A DNA stretch of 62,921 nucleotides, the filler included, from Reticulomyxa filosa (taxonomy: Eukaryota; Protista; Foraminifera), in NCBI GenBank assembly GCA_000512085.1. It is 20 parts of 20 records of this genome, joined end to end, with 100 filler letters (N's around TTAATTAATTAA, not from the genome) between each part and the next. Parts side by side here need not be neighbours in the genome. Positions count along the whole stretch, not along the records: positions 24,346 to 26,495 come from ASPP01035473.1; positions 26,596 to 28,325 come from ASPP01005557.1; positions 28,426 to 30,505 come from ASPP01023576.1; positions 30,606 to 31,824 come from ASPP01011186.1; positions 31,925 to 34,972 come from ASPP01027182.1; positions 35,073 to 38,506 come from ASPP01013581.1; 14 more parts are not named here. One strand, written 5' to 3'. Shown piece by piece: positions 24,690-37,832 of the stretch (its first letter is position 1; every line of letters starts with the position of its first letter). Position numbers and translations under genes: made by a program. The notes below the pieces were generated by a model, which worked only from the letters and a program-made list of their open reading frames with translations, did not search any database and had not been told where the DNA came from.

Positions 24690-25847
24690 GATTTATATTT
24701 GTGTCCAATAATTAACTTTCTTTATTGTCTTGTGAATATCTTCATTGGACAAACTAGTTGTTTTTAAGACATTATTTCGGTCTTGAAATGAATCCTTTTG
24801 ATGTTCAAATGAAAATTACTAATGTTTTTCTCTCACTCCAGCGTTTTTTTAGAATATGTTAAAAAAGTGGCAATGAAAGTGATGTTGTTTTCTTTTTAAG
24901 ATGAAAAGAGTTTAATATTTTTATTAAGAAGTAACAAAATATCATGACGAGAAAGTGATTATCGTCAGATTTTTTAGAAGACGCTATATAAGACCGTACA
25001 GGATGCATTTGGGAAGATCAAAGCAAACGCTTTTTGTTATTCTTTATCAACTTCTGATACACGTCATTTCCTTGGCAAAACCATCCTTTTTTTGGACTTT
25101 TGTTATTTTTAATTATCCAGAGTAATACTGGATTTGCTGCATGATCGATTGTCATTTGAAGCAAGTATGTGATGCAAATTTTCGCCTGATGATCATGTTC
25201 AGCTGACACAACATTTGAATGTAAGATATAAAATTAGAAGAATTACAACAACTAATGGACATTCACACTGTACCACAGAGGTGGATATTTTATCAGTGTC
25301 TTAACTTTGTGAGTGCATTAATCGTTGTTATCTGTTCAATTTAAATGATGTTTTTCTCCTCCTTTTTTTAAAGCGAACGTCGTTTTGAAAATCTTAAAAT
25401 AAAATCAAGCCAGTGAAATTCAAACATGATTAATACTTCTTGCAGAAACAATTCAACTGTGGAAAAGATTGCAAATTCTCAAAATAATTTAAAAAACAAT
25501 AATTTATAAGTCTGTCGACGTAGTTTTATACCGTTTTCTTCAAAGAACTTATTTTTTGAACAGATTGTTGTTAGTTCCCTTTCAATAAAACTACTGCTAT
25601 TTCAGCGCTTTTTTAATGAACCGAAACAAAATCGACTCGCTTTTATTAAAAATGGTGGCAAATGAAAACAAAGTAGAAGCAATCACAAATTTGAACAAGT
25701 AAGCTTGTTTTGAAATTTAAGTTCCACTGGTTGTATCCAATATGTAGTATACAATCATGAAACTCTAATATGCAGTGACTGTAAAACTTACAACAAAAAA
25801 CGAGTACATATACCTTCTGGATGTTTGATACACATTGATAACGCTAT

Positions 25848-25956
25848 TTGCTTCAGATATGGGAACAAGAAGCCAACAAAGCTTTGTAGTTTGTTTTCAA
25901 GAGAAAACATTACAAATACAAAAATTAAAAATGTAACTACGTTCCCCCTTGTGACT
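25848..25956 (+). repeat. Dispersed repeat family 2, copy A
   Basis: ttcagatatg..caagaag..aaacattacaaa.acaaaaat.aaaaa..aactacgttcccccttgt matches the reverse complements of 60036-60152 and 61529-61640. Confidence 0.6.
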
Positions 25957-26416
25957 TGTTGGTTTAATTGATTTTTAATATTATTTTGATTTGACAAAAC
26001 AGATAAATGATACAATAACTGGATTATCTGATCAATATTTAATTGAAAAAACCAGCTTTCGATATGCTTAAATAAAACTGTCTTTTTAAAAACAGGCAAA
26101 AAAAAATAAAAAATACCCACAATATTCAAAGAATGGGCCAAAATCACATTAAATAATTCTATATGAATATTGAAAAATATTTTATATTCTATTTGGTCAG
26201 ATGCTATGAAATCATTGAAATTGCATCACCATAAGGAGAAGCAAAAAACGTAGAAATTTTTTTTTCAAGTTTGATAAATAATAGATGATGAATTGATGAT
26301 GTGATAATATGCCCGTAAGCATCAACTATGCAAAAGTATGAAGTCAAAATAGATTCTTTTTGAAGGAAAATATATTGACAAAAATACTGGTGAGCTGTCA
26401 TTATAAATATGTGTAT

Positions 26417-26495
26417 TACAGTATGTTGCAAAAATCAACATTTAAAACTAATTTTTTTAAAATATCTACAAATCTTGTAGTTTTTAAATATGAAA
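26417..26495 (+). mobile_element. Dispersed repeat family 1, copy 3 (internal deletion)
   Basis: TA|CAGTATGTT..aaaaatcaacattt..atatCTACAaatctTGTAGtttttaaatatga, running into the contig break. Confidence 0.7.
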
Positions 26496-26711
26496 NNNNN
26501 NNNNNNNNNNNNNNNNNNNNNNNNNNNNNNNNNNNNNNNTTAATTAATTAANNNNNNNNNNNNNNNNNNNNNNNNNNNNNNNNNNNNNNNNNNNNATACA
26601 TATATATATATATATATATATGCATATGCATATGCATATACATATAATACTCTCTGTCTCTCCTTCAACTACTAAAACATGCATTCATATGCAAACACAT
26701 AAATCGCATAG

Positions 26712-28278
26712 TATGGACTGATTGGTGGAGAACTTATACTTTGGACAAGACTATTCAATGGCTTAATGCAACGGATATTCCGGTTCAACCAGTTTGCGTG
26801 ACATAAACAATTGACATATGTGCAATGTGTATCAATAATGAGTCAAACTACAAAGAGAGAGAAGAGAGAGGAAAAAAAAAAAGGGGGGGGAAAAGGAGGG
26901 AAGGATAAGAGAGTTTTTTGTTTTGTTTTGTTCAGACTGTGGTCGGCAACAATGTGACATATCCTTGCGAAAGATCGGATTGCAATCATTCGATATGGTC
27001 TCCTCCCATTTGCCATTCCCAACGATGCGGCTCGTTAATGCATTGGATACCAAGCTACAACAATTTTCAAGACGCTGTAGTTATCAACAACAGTAACATG
27101 CACTTGAAAGTCGCGGTTTAGTTGTGTCATCATATCCCAGTATATTTATACTACATAAAACATATGAGATTGCAATGATAGTGTTTAAATCGCATATATC
27201 AAACACATAACATACAATTATAACTTTTTTTTAAAAAAAAAAAAAAAAAAGATAAATAAATAATAAACGCCAAAAAAAAGTTTGTAGGTCTTGAAAACGA
27301 TGACTCAGCATTGCAGGTGTTTGGCCAATTGGTGAGAGATCGCTGGCGTGTGCTGTATTCGATGTGGAGTCCTAGTCCGTGGATTAGCGGCGGCGAGTTT
27401 ATTCCGGTTGGGTTTCCAAGTGGGTCATCGTTGAGCGACGGAACCATCCTTTACAAACTTTGGTCTTCCCGTCTAAAGAAAGTACACTACTACTTGTACT
27501 CGCTGCTGAGTAACACCGACATGTCTTCTTCCATTTACGATTTCATTTACAGCGGCGTGTGGAACCAAACCCGGACCAATGACAGTGCCAAATGGCGCGC
27601 CTATTACTCTTGCCAATGGTTAAAGCAACATCCAAAAGTATGGACCCGTTGGCTTCCTAGCGTGGATAATTATTTACAATATTGCAGTTCTTTTTTTGTA
27701 TATATATAAATATATACATATGTTTATATAATTGATTCATGTTTATTCTTTTTATGTTTGTGCATGTGCATGTGCATGTGCATGTGCGCGATAAGGTGAC
27801 ATATCGGATAATTCCTTGCAAAGTATCCTTCCTTTCGAAACCGACGAACAGTGGCAGAAAGAATTTGACGTAGCGACGAGTACGTTCCCGGACGTGTCGA
27901 CAGCTCAATGGGCGAAGCAACATTGCTTGGAAGGAAAGGCAACCACGCGGACGAGACCGAAAATAATGAGCGTTATTGTGTTGGCGATACTTGCGTTGAT
28001 CATTCTATTGACCGAGCTGCTGTCGCTTGTGTGGGTCCGTCACACCACCGTCATGATCGAGTCGGCGTGGAAGTTGTGCGTTATGTATATCGTCGGTGGA
28101 ATACTTATCATTGCAAGCATTTTCCTTGACGTCCTCCCCACTGTTCCCATGTGCTACGCCCAGATCTTTATGCGACATTGCGGCTTTACTTTATCTCTCA
28201 GCACCCTCTTCGTTAAGACATGGCGATTGTGGAACGTCTTTACTGCTGCTTCGCACTTAAAAAATTTTTTTATGAGTG
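26712..28278 (+). CDS. Class C (GABA-B-like, 7tm_3) GPCR fragment with OpuAC-like extracellular domain, multi-exon, partial at both ends
   Basis: TM1-TM3 end in C..Q...HCGFTLSLSTLFVKTWRLWNVF (class C KxWR motif). The ectodomain has YSMWSPSPW, LYKLWSSRLKK and SCQWLKQHPKVWTRWLP. Confidence 0.72.
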
Positions 28279-28290
28279 GTAATCAAACTT

Positions 28291-28321
<31 letters not shown>

Positions 28322-28425
28322 TTGCNNNNNNNNNNNNNNNNNNNNNNNNNNNNNNNNNNNNNNNNNNNNTTAATTAATTAANNNNNNNNNNNNNNNNNNN
28401 NNNNNNNNNNNNNNNNNNNNNNNNN

Positions 28426-28462
<37 letters not shown>

Positions 28463-30330
28463 CCTCTTTCGTTTTGCCCTTGGCTTTTTTTTTATTGTCT
28501 TCGACTGTTTTTAGTATCGTCTTTGCAACTGCTGTTGTTGATAACTTTTTCTTTTGTTTTTTTTTATTGACTACGGCCAAGCTCGGCGTCTTCTTTTTTG
28601 GAGTAATAATCGTTTTCACTTGTTTCTTGGACTGCTTTTTACTTATTTTTTTTTTAAAACTTTCAGCTTTTGTTTTTGCCTTTGCTTTTGCTTTTGCTTC
28701 TGTTTCAGTAGTATCGGTGTCAGTATCAGTATCAAAATTAAATTCACATGTAGATGAAGAAGAGTCAGAGTCTGATTCAGTTTCGTATCTATAATCAGAA
28801 TCAGATTCAGTGTCCATCTGCTTCACAGCGCTTTGTACTTGCACTTTGTTTTGCGCCGAGTTATTGCGACTCAATTGCAAACAAGAGTCATCGTACTTTT
28901 CCAAACTTGTCAATCGATTGTGGCAACGTAGGTTTTCATGCGTCAACACGGAGCTCCTTGTGTGCACGTCGTCGTCATCATCGTCTTCGTCATCGTCGTC
29001 GTCGTCGTCGTCATCGTCGTCATCGTTGGTATTGCAATGCCTATCTTGCGTTGCAGAGAAAGAACTGAGAGGCTTTTGCTTGATCGTCATCGGCTGCACG
29101 TTGCTCTGCAAATGAGTAGATACTCCCTGCATGCCATGGGTGGAGGATGACGACTGCACAGGTTGATGTTTGAAGTCGTCCAATGGTATCGACAGAGGCG
29201 AAAAGGAAAAGGTATTTTTTGTTGTGGACATGGTAGGAGTAATATTCTGAACAGGCGTCCTTACCAACATCGACATAGCACAGTCATTGGCAATTGTACT
29301 TTTCACTTGCGCCGTTCCGGTCTTGCGTGCAGCTGCAATCGGATTGATGAAATTGCTGGGAGTATTAATCTGCAATTGGCATTGAATATTAGCAGCATAA
29401 GAGTTGTTATTGTTATTATTATTATTATTATCATTGTTGTTGGGATTGATGTTCAGTACAGTCTTGGCAGCACCTCCAACTGTTGTTGTTGTTGTCATTG
29501 TCGTATTCCCACCTTGCGCGATAGGAAAGGAAGAAGACAACCGTTGCGGAGACATGGAGATATTGTGCGAGATGTTGCTAATGCTGCAATGTCTCTCTCG
29601 ACTAAACTCGTTAGCGACAGTCAATGGGGTAAGAGGATTGAGGACAGGGGTCAATGGAGAGAGTGGTGTGGGCACACCACCACCACTACTGTGTATTGAT
29701 TGAGAAAATGGATCCACGTATACGTCGTTACCATTCATAACTGTGGTAGCAGTAGCAGGTAGCAGTAGCAGTAGCAGTAGCAGTAGCAGTAGTAGTGGCC
29801 GTCATTTCCCTTTTGCTATTGCTATGACTGTGATTGCTGGTCGCACTGCCAAGCATGGTCCTTTCACTTGCAATCGTACCTCGAGTGGGCGTCTGACATG
29901 TCCTCTCCCATTTGTTGCTATTATTGCTATTGCTATTATTGCTATTGCTATTATTGCTATTGCTATTATTGCTATTGCTATTGCTGCTGCGCGCACTGTC
30001 AATACCGAAATAAGCCTCTTCTTGCTTCAACAACTCCCCACCAGTGTCCATATACGACAACGTACAAGTGCTTAGATTTCCTGTATACAAACTATCCCTG
30101 GGTTCTAGCTTTTTTTTTTGTGGAGGGCTAGAGTAGTATTCGTAGCCGTTCAAATGAGTTCGATTTCCATTGCAAATGCCATACGGTTGCGCAAGACATT
30201 CCGACACATTGCCTTTCACCTCCTGGTCCGAACTTATGCTCACTTCTGCAGACAAAACAGGTCTGGCTTGTTCGTCCAATAAAAAACAAGAGGGAATCCA
30301 TCCGCGAGTAGTCTTTTTCATTTCAACAAC
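28426..30330 (-). CDS. Low-complexity hypothetical protein fragment (Asn/Asp/Thr/Lys tracts)
   Basis: Two long minus-strand ORFs (210 and 454 aa) meet with a frame change in a microsatellite near 29740-29790. No domain is securely recognised; RGWIPSCFL may be an SH3 C-terminus. Confidence 0.55.
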
Positions 30331-30605
30331 AACAACAACAACAATTGTTATAAATATCACTCACTACTTATTTATTTGTTTATTTATTATAATTTTTGGT
30401 TTTGTTTATAAACTGTGGCATACAGTGGACCAGATGGAATGTCGTACACTCCAAAAAAATTGCTCGATTGGAATTTGTGTCTTGTCGTTGTGACATGGAT
30501 AACGGNNNNNNNNNNNNNNNNNNNNNNNNNNNNNNNNNNNNNNNNNNNNTTAATTAATTAANNNNNNNNNNNNNNNNNNNNNNNNNNNNNNNNNNNNNNN
30601 NNNNN

Positions 30606-31737
30606 GCCTGGATGTGCGGCCTATCAATTGTGTCAAAAATTTATACGTGTTGTCGTGTGCACATTTTGTGAGCCCATCCAAGCCGTAGTTATGCTGGCAA
30701 TGCTAACATTTCCAGAAAGGCAAACATAAATAATTTTCATTGTCATTTTTTGTTTTTTTTTTTAAAAAAATTTTTTTTGTTTATTTTTATTTTTTTAAAA
30801 AAAAAAAGGGAATTAATTGAACCGGCTAAATTAGCAAAGAGAATGAAAGTGGACGTAAAAACTCTGAAACCACTCTTGTCGCGACTTAAAGCACAAGGCT
30901 ATGTAACTGAACAAACGAAGACGTAAGTATTCTTTTTTTTTTTTTTTTTTCGTGACACATGTACCTATGGTATGTGAATCTATGTTGGGGGATAATTTTT
31001 TTTTTTTTTTTTTTCTTTTGTTTGACTTGTTTTAAAAGACACACCTTCAAAAATGGTTCTGGCAATCCACGAACAGCTTGTTATCAAATTGACTACCAAC
31101 ACTTCATTTATGTTCGTGCAAGAGAGAAACACACTTTTTTTTTTTTTATTATTATCTCTGGATGCACTGAGGACAAAATTTAAAAAAGGACAAAAGAGGA
31201 GGGGGAGGGGGCACACAACAACAAAAAAATTTTGGAATGCTATATTAATACTGCATGTTTGTGCATGCAAATACAAACAAATAATAATAATAATAAAGAT
31301 GACAAAATTAAGACTGCATATGATAGTGCAACAGCTGAGCGAACGTGCGAATAAACAAGGCAGTGGGTTTGATAGCTATTTGTGTCGTAACAGCGAATGT
31401 AGTGAATATTTGCGTACACAAAGCACCATTCAATTAATCGCGGAAGGAAAGCGAAATGGCAATGGAGAGTTTGTGTGCGAGTCGTGTAACTCATTGTTGG
31501 AAAGTAGTAATGACGTTTTTGACAATAGCAACAGTGTGGTTGAAATCAAACGAAGATTTAATAGTCAAATTCAAAAACTCAAAAATTTGTTATTTGAGTT
31601 GGAAAGAGCCGTTAGCGAAGAAAGACAAAAGTTTTATCTTTTATTTTATTTTATTTTTGGTAAAAAATAAACAATTGACACTTTTGTTAATACAGATTGG
31701 AAGTGATTCAACAAAAGGCAGAGGAGAGATATGAACA
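30606..31737 (+). CDS. General transcription factor TFIIE alpha subunit, partial, multi-exon
   Basis: Winged-helix segment LAKRMKVDVKTLKPLLSRLKAQGYV, YQIDYQHF..LRLHMI, Zn ribbon YLCRNSEC..FVCESCNSLL, and RFNSQIQKLKNLL. Confidence 0.78.
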
Positions 31738-32285
31738 GTTCCGAGGCATTTATTTATTTATTTTTTTATATTACATGTTTAATATATATGCATATATTAA
31801 ACGTGTATACATATATATATATATNNNNNNNNNNNNNNNNNNNNNNNNNNNNNNNNNNNNNNNNNNNNTTAATTAATTAANNNNNNNNNNNNNNNNNNNN
31901 NNNNNNNNNNNNNNNNNNNNNNNNTTAGTACGTTGTACAAATCTCTCAGTTTCTTTAATGTGTAAGAGGAAAGATTATCATGCACAAGTATGAAGGGGAG
32001 AGGAGGGAGAAAAAGCTCGTAAAGCAACAAACTTGTGTACGTGTATTGACATAAATTCGTAATACTTAAAGTTGAAACAATTTAAAAAAATAAATAAGTA
32101 AAAATCTTGGTAATTTTAAAACAAAAATTGGAAAGTCATTTTTTTTTGGACTCGATAATGGTCCTAGTGATAGCGGAACGGGTCGTAAGAATGAAAAAAA
32201 GGTTTTATTTTGTTGTAATCAATGATCTTTGAAGTACAGACAGTTATTGAAGAATCAATAACAAAAAAAATGACAAAAAAGAGCA

Positions 32286-32935
32286 TGTCATTGTGGTGGG
32301 CGTTATGGTGTAGCACTTTAATTGTGTGGACGACGTTGGTAACGGTTGGCGACATGAGCGCATGTCCATCGGACGGCCCTTGCATTGAATGCGACCAAGC
32401 GCAAAACTGTTCAACAGAAGACTGGGTGTGTGTTGAATTGCCAGCAAACGGACACAATGTGGACGCACACGACAATGGAGTTGTTAGTGGAAAGCGAGCT
32501 GAAAGAATTACGATCACACTTATGTATCGCGTAGTGTTCCACGCACATTGCGTTTGAACATAACCAAGTTATTTGAATTTTGGCGAGCTTTATTTCGGCC
32601 GTGTACATATCATGCGTTTTCGAATGGCGTAAGTACTTCCCCCAATGCAAGTATACGTAGGCCATGCTTTCCTTTTTTTTTTTAAAATAGTTTTCACAAA
32701 AAAAAAAAAAAAGAATGACTATATTGAGGCTACGCAGAATACATTGAAGAAAACTCCACTGTTTTTCATTTGCACATATTCCGATTTGAAATTTGTTTTA
32801 TTTATGTGTTTTGATTAACTTGACCGAAAAGGGGTTTCAGGAAGGGGGGAGCAAAGAATCCGCCAAGAACGAAGAAGAAGAGAGCTAGAACAGATTATCC
32901 AAAATCAATTGACTCTATCTTCGATCGAGAGATGA
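32286..32935 (+). CDS. Small signal-peptide/Cys-rich/single-TM protein (JTB-like), frame-disrupted, possibly a pseudogene
   Basis: Hydrophobic leader, CPSDGPCIEC..C.....C, then the TM segment ILASFISAVYISCVF, an intron, and the basic tail RIRQERRRRELEQIIQNQL. The model requires frameshifts and passes a TGA. Confidence 0.35.
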
Positions 32936-33039
32936 TAACATTGTATTTTCACAATTAACGCAGAGTATACGCACTTATTTATCAACTGGGTGTGTGGTTT
33001 GGAGGCATTCCATATTGCAGAGAATATACGTAGCACCAC

Positions 33040-33325
33040 TGACAAAAAATCGGAGCAGTTTTGGTGTGTTTGATGGATTTCCAATTCGTGCGAGGAGATT
33101 GACTGGATATAAAAATTCCGAAAGATGAAACTGAAGAATTACAAATTGTATATACGTTTAATCTGATTGATATGAGATACAATGTCTTGCAACAAGACAC
33201 TGATATTATTTGGCTTAAAGACGTTTATTCCTATTTTTATGACACTTTTGACGACGTTGAAACGCCTTGCAATGGGCGAGTTGATAACGTTGACCTGGCA
33301 ACCTGGGCTTTATTCACATAATTGA
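33040..33325 (+). pseudogene. Nucleotide-diphospho-sugar transferase (GT77-like) fragment
   Basis: LIDMRYNVLQQDTDIIWLKDVYSYF (DxD motif), followed after a frameshift by PGNLGFIHI. Flanks are broken by stops. Confidence 0.5.
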
Positions 33326-33742
33326 TTGATTAACAATGATAATACTATTAAACCATGTTATCATTTGTATTTGATCAAAAATAATTGTTATTATTTTATA
33401 TATGTATTGTGCAACATCTTCAAATGACTTCACTTTATTAAATGCTCTTTGAATGTTTGTGGGAAATGGCTAGCCCAAGAACAATTTATGATTAAAGAAC
33501 TAAATAGATAGTATTATAAAATTTATGTACGTTTTATTTTTAAAGTGTATGATTAAAATTTATTTATACTTCACTATCAAAAATGATATTTTTCTAAAAA
33601 AGCTTTCCAATTAACGAGTATTTAGATTAGCAAAATCAACTATTTGAAAAAAGACTGAGGCGATTGTAAAAAACATAAACGTGACCACTAAAAACACGAA
33701 ATCATTCAAATAACATAACAATTACACAAAATAAACCTCAAT

Positions 33743-34949
33743 TCAAATATTAATGAATGTTAAGTTTTTACACCAAATGGGATCAATCCAATCTTGCACT
33801 TGACATTGAGTTTCACAAACGAATCTCCACTTGAAACCTGTTGTCCAACATACGACAAAAAAAAAAAAAAAGATAAAGATATAGAAAGTGGGAGGGAGAG
33901 AAAAAAAAAGATTGAAAAACGAAAAGCATACACACCCATTGGACTTTTTGGACGAAAAGCGAACAATTTTGATATCAACAACGTGAAGCAATGTTAAGTT
34001 GACCAATGACACGATCAAGACGTTTATGATTGTGATGATAAATGAGAGAGCCATCATCCATCAAAATAAAAAAGCGTTTGCGCCAAGTGCGAAACTTATG
34101 TCCTTGCTTTTCCAGATAGCCTTGTTTTACCACTTTGCATTTGTTTTGAATATCCTCCTTGCAAGTTTCGCATTCGACAGAAGCATCAGTTTCAATATCC
34201 AATTCAGGACCACTGCTATTATAATCTTTGATTTTCTCATCGGCTTTCAAAATGGTGCTTTCTTTATCGCTTGTCAAGTTGGTGCTATTTTCGGTGGACA
34301 CAACAACATCTTTGTGTTCCGCGCCAGTGTCTAAGCTATTCATTGCAGCACTAGTCAGCGTTTGAATTTGGTCGTGGGAGATAATCGGCGTGAGAGTATG
34401 TTGTTTTGTGGATATTTTCAATTGCATGTACAATCCCTTCAATTCATTATACTTTGTCTCCAATGCCTCAATGTCATGAGATAATGTGTTTTTATGACTT
34501 TGCAAATCGCTTTGCACTTGTCGTAGTGCATGTGCGATCGATGCACGTTTGCGTTTGGTGCGTCGTTTGCTTCTTTCTAAAGCGATGATACGCGAGTGTT
34601 GTTTGATATTAATTTTGTCACTTTGCTTTTTCAAGTCGTTTAGCATTTCCTCGTTTTTGCGATCCAAAAAGTCCATTCGAAGATTTAAGTGCTCGGACAT
34701 GTTTAGTTCCTCGTGTCTTTGCATTTCTGCAGGGATTAGAAGCTCCTGCGTACATCCGTATTTCAAATACGAACATTCCACTAGTCGATACGCACACTCA
34801 TGGGATACATGATTCGATGCGTTTTTGCGAGCGATTTTTTGATTGCACCGACGGTTTGGGCACGGCACAGATCCATTCATACATTCTGTTTCCATATGTT
34901 GTTTCATTGCTTGGCGTGTCCCAATCGCTCCTATATCACAAGTAAACAA
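33743..34949 (-). CDS. TRAF-type zinc finger + coiled coil + PH domain protein, 5'-partial
   Basis: TRAF Zn fingers HMETEC..VPCPNRRC..HVSHECAYRLVECSY.KYGC. PH domain VKQGYLEKQGHKFRTWRKRFFIL, completed after a frameshift (~33990) and an intron by WRFVCETQCQVQDWID. Confidence 0.8.
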
Positions 34950-35831
34950 ATATATACATATATATATATATANNNNNNNNNNNNNNNNNNNNNNNNNNNN
35001 NNNNNNNNNNNNNNNNTTAATTAATTAANNNNNNNNNNNNNNNNNNNNNNNNNNNNNNNNNNNNNNNNNNNNGGTTGTGTGTTATGTGTACACATATAAA
35101 TGCTGTCAATGACAATACGTTCAATCAATCAAAACTGTGTCGTCAAGAGAAACTGCATTCATTCCGGCCTATATACATCATATATATATATATATATGTA
35201 TATAATTGTTGTTTTTTTGATGTCTTCTTTGACAATGATAAGAAGAGATGTTTCTTTGTTTAAATCATTATAAGTATATAATAACTTCGCGGCGCAATAC
35301 ATTATAGCATTCGTTGAATTCCAACAAACTCAAATCCGATCGAGAATTGCTCGCTTTACTCCACAGCTTTTTGGCGACTGATTCATCAATATCAGAGTTC
35401 AAAGCTAAGATGATAAACATGGATTCGCTCAGGCGTTCTGATTCGTACGTGCTCGTGTTCCAGTTCTTTCATTTGTTCGCGCGAGTTCGTTATTCATCAC
35501 AGATCAATCCATTACAAACAACAAACACAAACACCATTTCAAAATGCATTTCTGCACTTTACCTAATTGCCACAGATTGCAAACGAAGAAAAGATTCACA
35601 TATACAGTAACAATACCGATTGAAGATTGCCAGCACACTCTAGCAATTTCATGTGGATGTCTTTTTCAAATTCTTCCTGTATATGTATATGTGTATGTAC
35701 ATATGCAATTGCTTTTTCTACTTTTTAAAATCTCAATCATCAATGCAAGAGGAGGTATTATGTACATATATATGTACGTATACATCCCCTCCCCTCCTCC
35801 TTTTTTTTCTCTTGAGATCTAGACGTAACAT

Positions 35832-37798
35832 CTAAATAATCAAGCTTTTCATCGTCCAGTATTTGAAGGATTTCTTTTCGATCGACGAAAGCTGCACACT
35901 TTGGCGGCGACCAAAAGTAGCGCCCGCCACGATAATGGCCATCCGAGTCACCTTGCGGTTCCACCAGACGCACTCCAAAGATTGTGTTTTGGTCGATATC
36001 TCCGACCCATTTGACTTGTCCTTTTCTCTCTCCACTCAAGACCACTACGTCTCCTAACGATACCATTTTCGGACACTAACAAAAAAAAAAATAAAAAAAA
36101 AAATAATGCATAAGCAAAAAGTTTGGAGAAAACACAAAGACAATCGAAATTGCAAGTCCTCAGCTTAACAGCCTTGGGCGAGGGTGTGCTCGACACGCTC
36201 ATATGCGTGGCACTGTGTGTAGTCGACTGGAACAATGACATGGACACAGGGGGTACCGCTTTATTGTCATCGTTTTCCGCGCCATTGTCTTTGGCAGAGA
36301 GTCGACGTTCCTTCTCTCGATCCACTTGCGTCACCAACTCACTCAAGGTCTGAGACCCCAATTTTTTGGACGATCGACTCTGGCGCCATTTCTCCTCCAC
36401 GGGGCCACTTAGTCGTTGTCGCGTTCGCGGAGAAGGACCCAATCCACTGGCTGTTTGCGAATGCATACCATATATACACGTATATATACATATATATGAT
36501 ATGTACATGAAAAAATGGGACAAACAAAAGCAGTACCATCCGGAGACAATTTTGTAGTATTGTTTGCTGGATGAGTCATGGAAATGGTTGGGGCGATCCC
36601 TGTGGCGTGTATGTTGTGTGTTGACATTATGATAAGCAGAAAATGAAATAGGTCGTAAGAATATGGTGCACATGTGCATACCAGGTTTGAGAGATGGATG
36701 CATGGGTCGAAGGGATGGCTGTTGCAGGAAGGGTGGTGCAAACAAGCGATTCAGGCGTTTTGGCGGGAAAGGCCACTGACCAATGCTGTCATCGATATCA
36801 ATCACAAATTGGTATTGATTGTTATGACGATTGATACCTAGCGTTGCCGATATTTCAAACAGCTCATGCTCCACCAATTTTTGTTGGATGTCGGCGATCA
36901 GCGCCGCCTCTTCTAGTTGCGTGAAATACGAATGATCCAAATGAAACTCGCTGTCGACGTCATCCTCGAATAACAACACATCAAATTTGTTTGGCGGATT
37001 CACGTCGGTGCTTACTGACATATTCGACAATCTGGTATTTTAAAATAATAATATATATATATATGTATATGTATGTATATATGTACATGTTTGCATATAT
37101 ACACATATAATTTTTTTTTTTCATGCCCCCCCCCCATTTTTTTAAAAATCATTGCAAATAAAAGCAGTAACCTTTTTTGACGAAGCATTTGCGTATCCAT
37201 TCCTTGAAGTGGAATTGGCGGAGCTTGCGGCTGGACACTCCACAACAGCAATATCCGAAACTTGGGGGGTTTGAACTCGTCTGTCTCTTGCATAGCTTCG
37301 TCGTCTTCCAATCCTGTTTCCTTTTGTTCTTGTTCCTCTTCTTCTTCACCATTATTCTCTTCTTCGTCTTCTACATCAACATCCTCATCGTCTTCTTCAT
37401 TCGTCTGTGCAATTGGCGGCATTGTTTGATTCATTCCATCTGTATCATATACACATATATAATATGTTATGCTTAGTCAGAGAAACTTGTGTCTTCTTCT
37501 ATACAAATGAACAAATAAATCTTCTTTCCCCCCCCCCCTCCTTGTTGCTGACATACTTGAAGTAGGATTGAGACTGGGATTATTGGAATTGGGGTCATCG
37601 GGATTGGCGTTAGGGCTGGGATTGACATTGAAATGAGATGTATCGTTCCCTTGTTTTTCTTTTTTTAGCTGCTGCATCGCTTTGATCAATGATTTTTGAT
37701 GTTGTCGAATGCCTTGTTCGACTAGTTTGGAGACCCTCGCCTCTCGCTTTTCTTCTTTTCTTTTGTGTTTTTCGTCCGTGCTACTTTGATTGTTATTG

Positions 37799-37832
<34 letters not shown>

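Noticed and set aside
28474-30131. Many overlapping antisense ORFs (poly-Ile, poly-Ser, poly-Tyr); also at 18500-20130 and 56500-57370
   Set aside because: These are shadows of trinucleotide/hexanucleotide repeats in the real coding strand.
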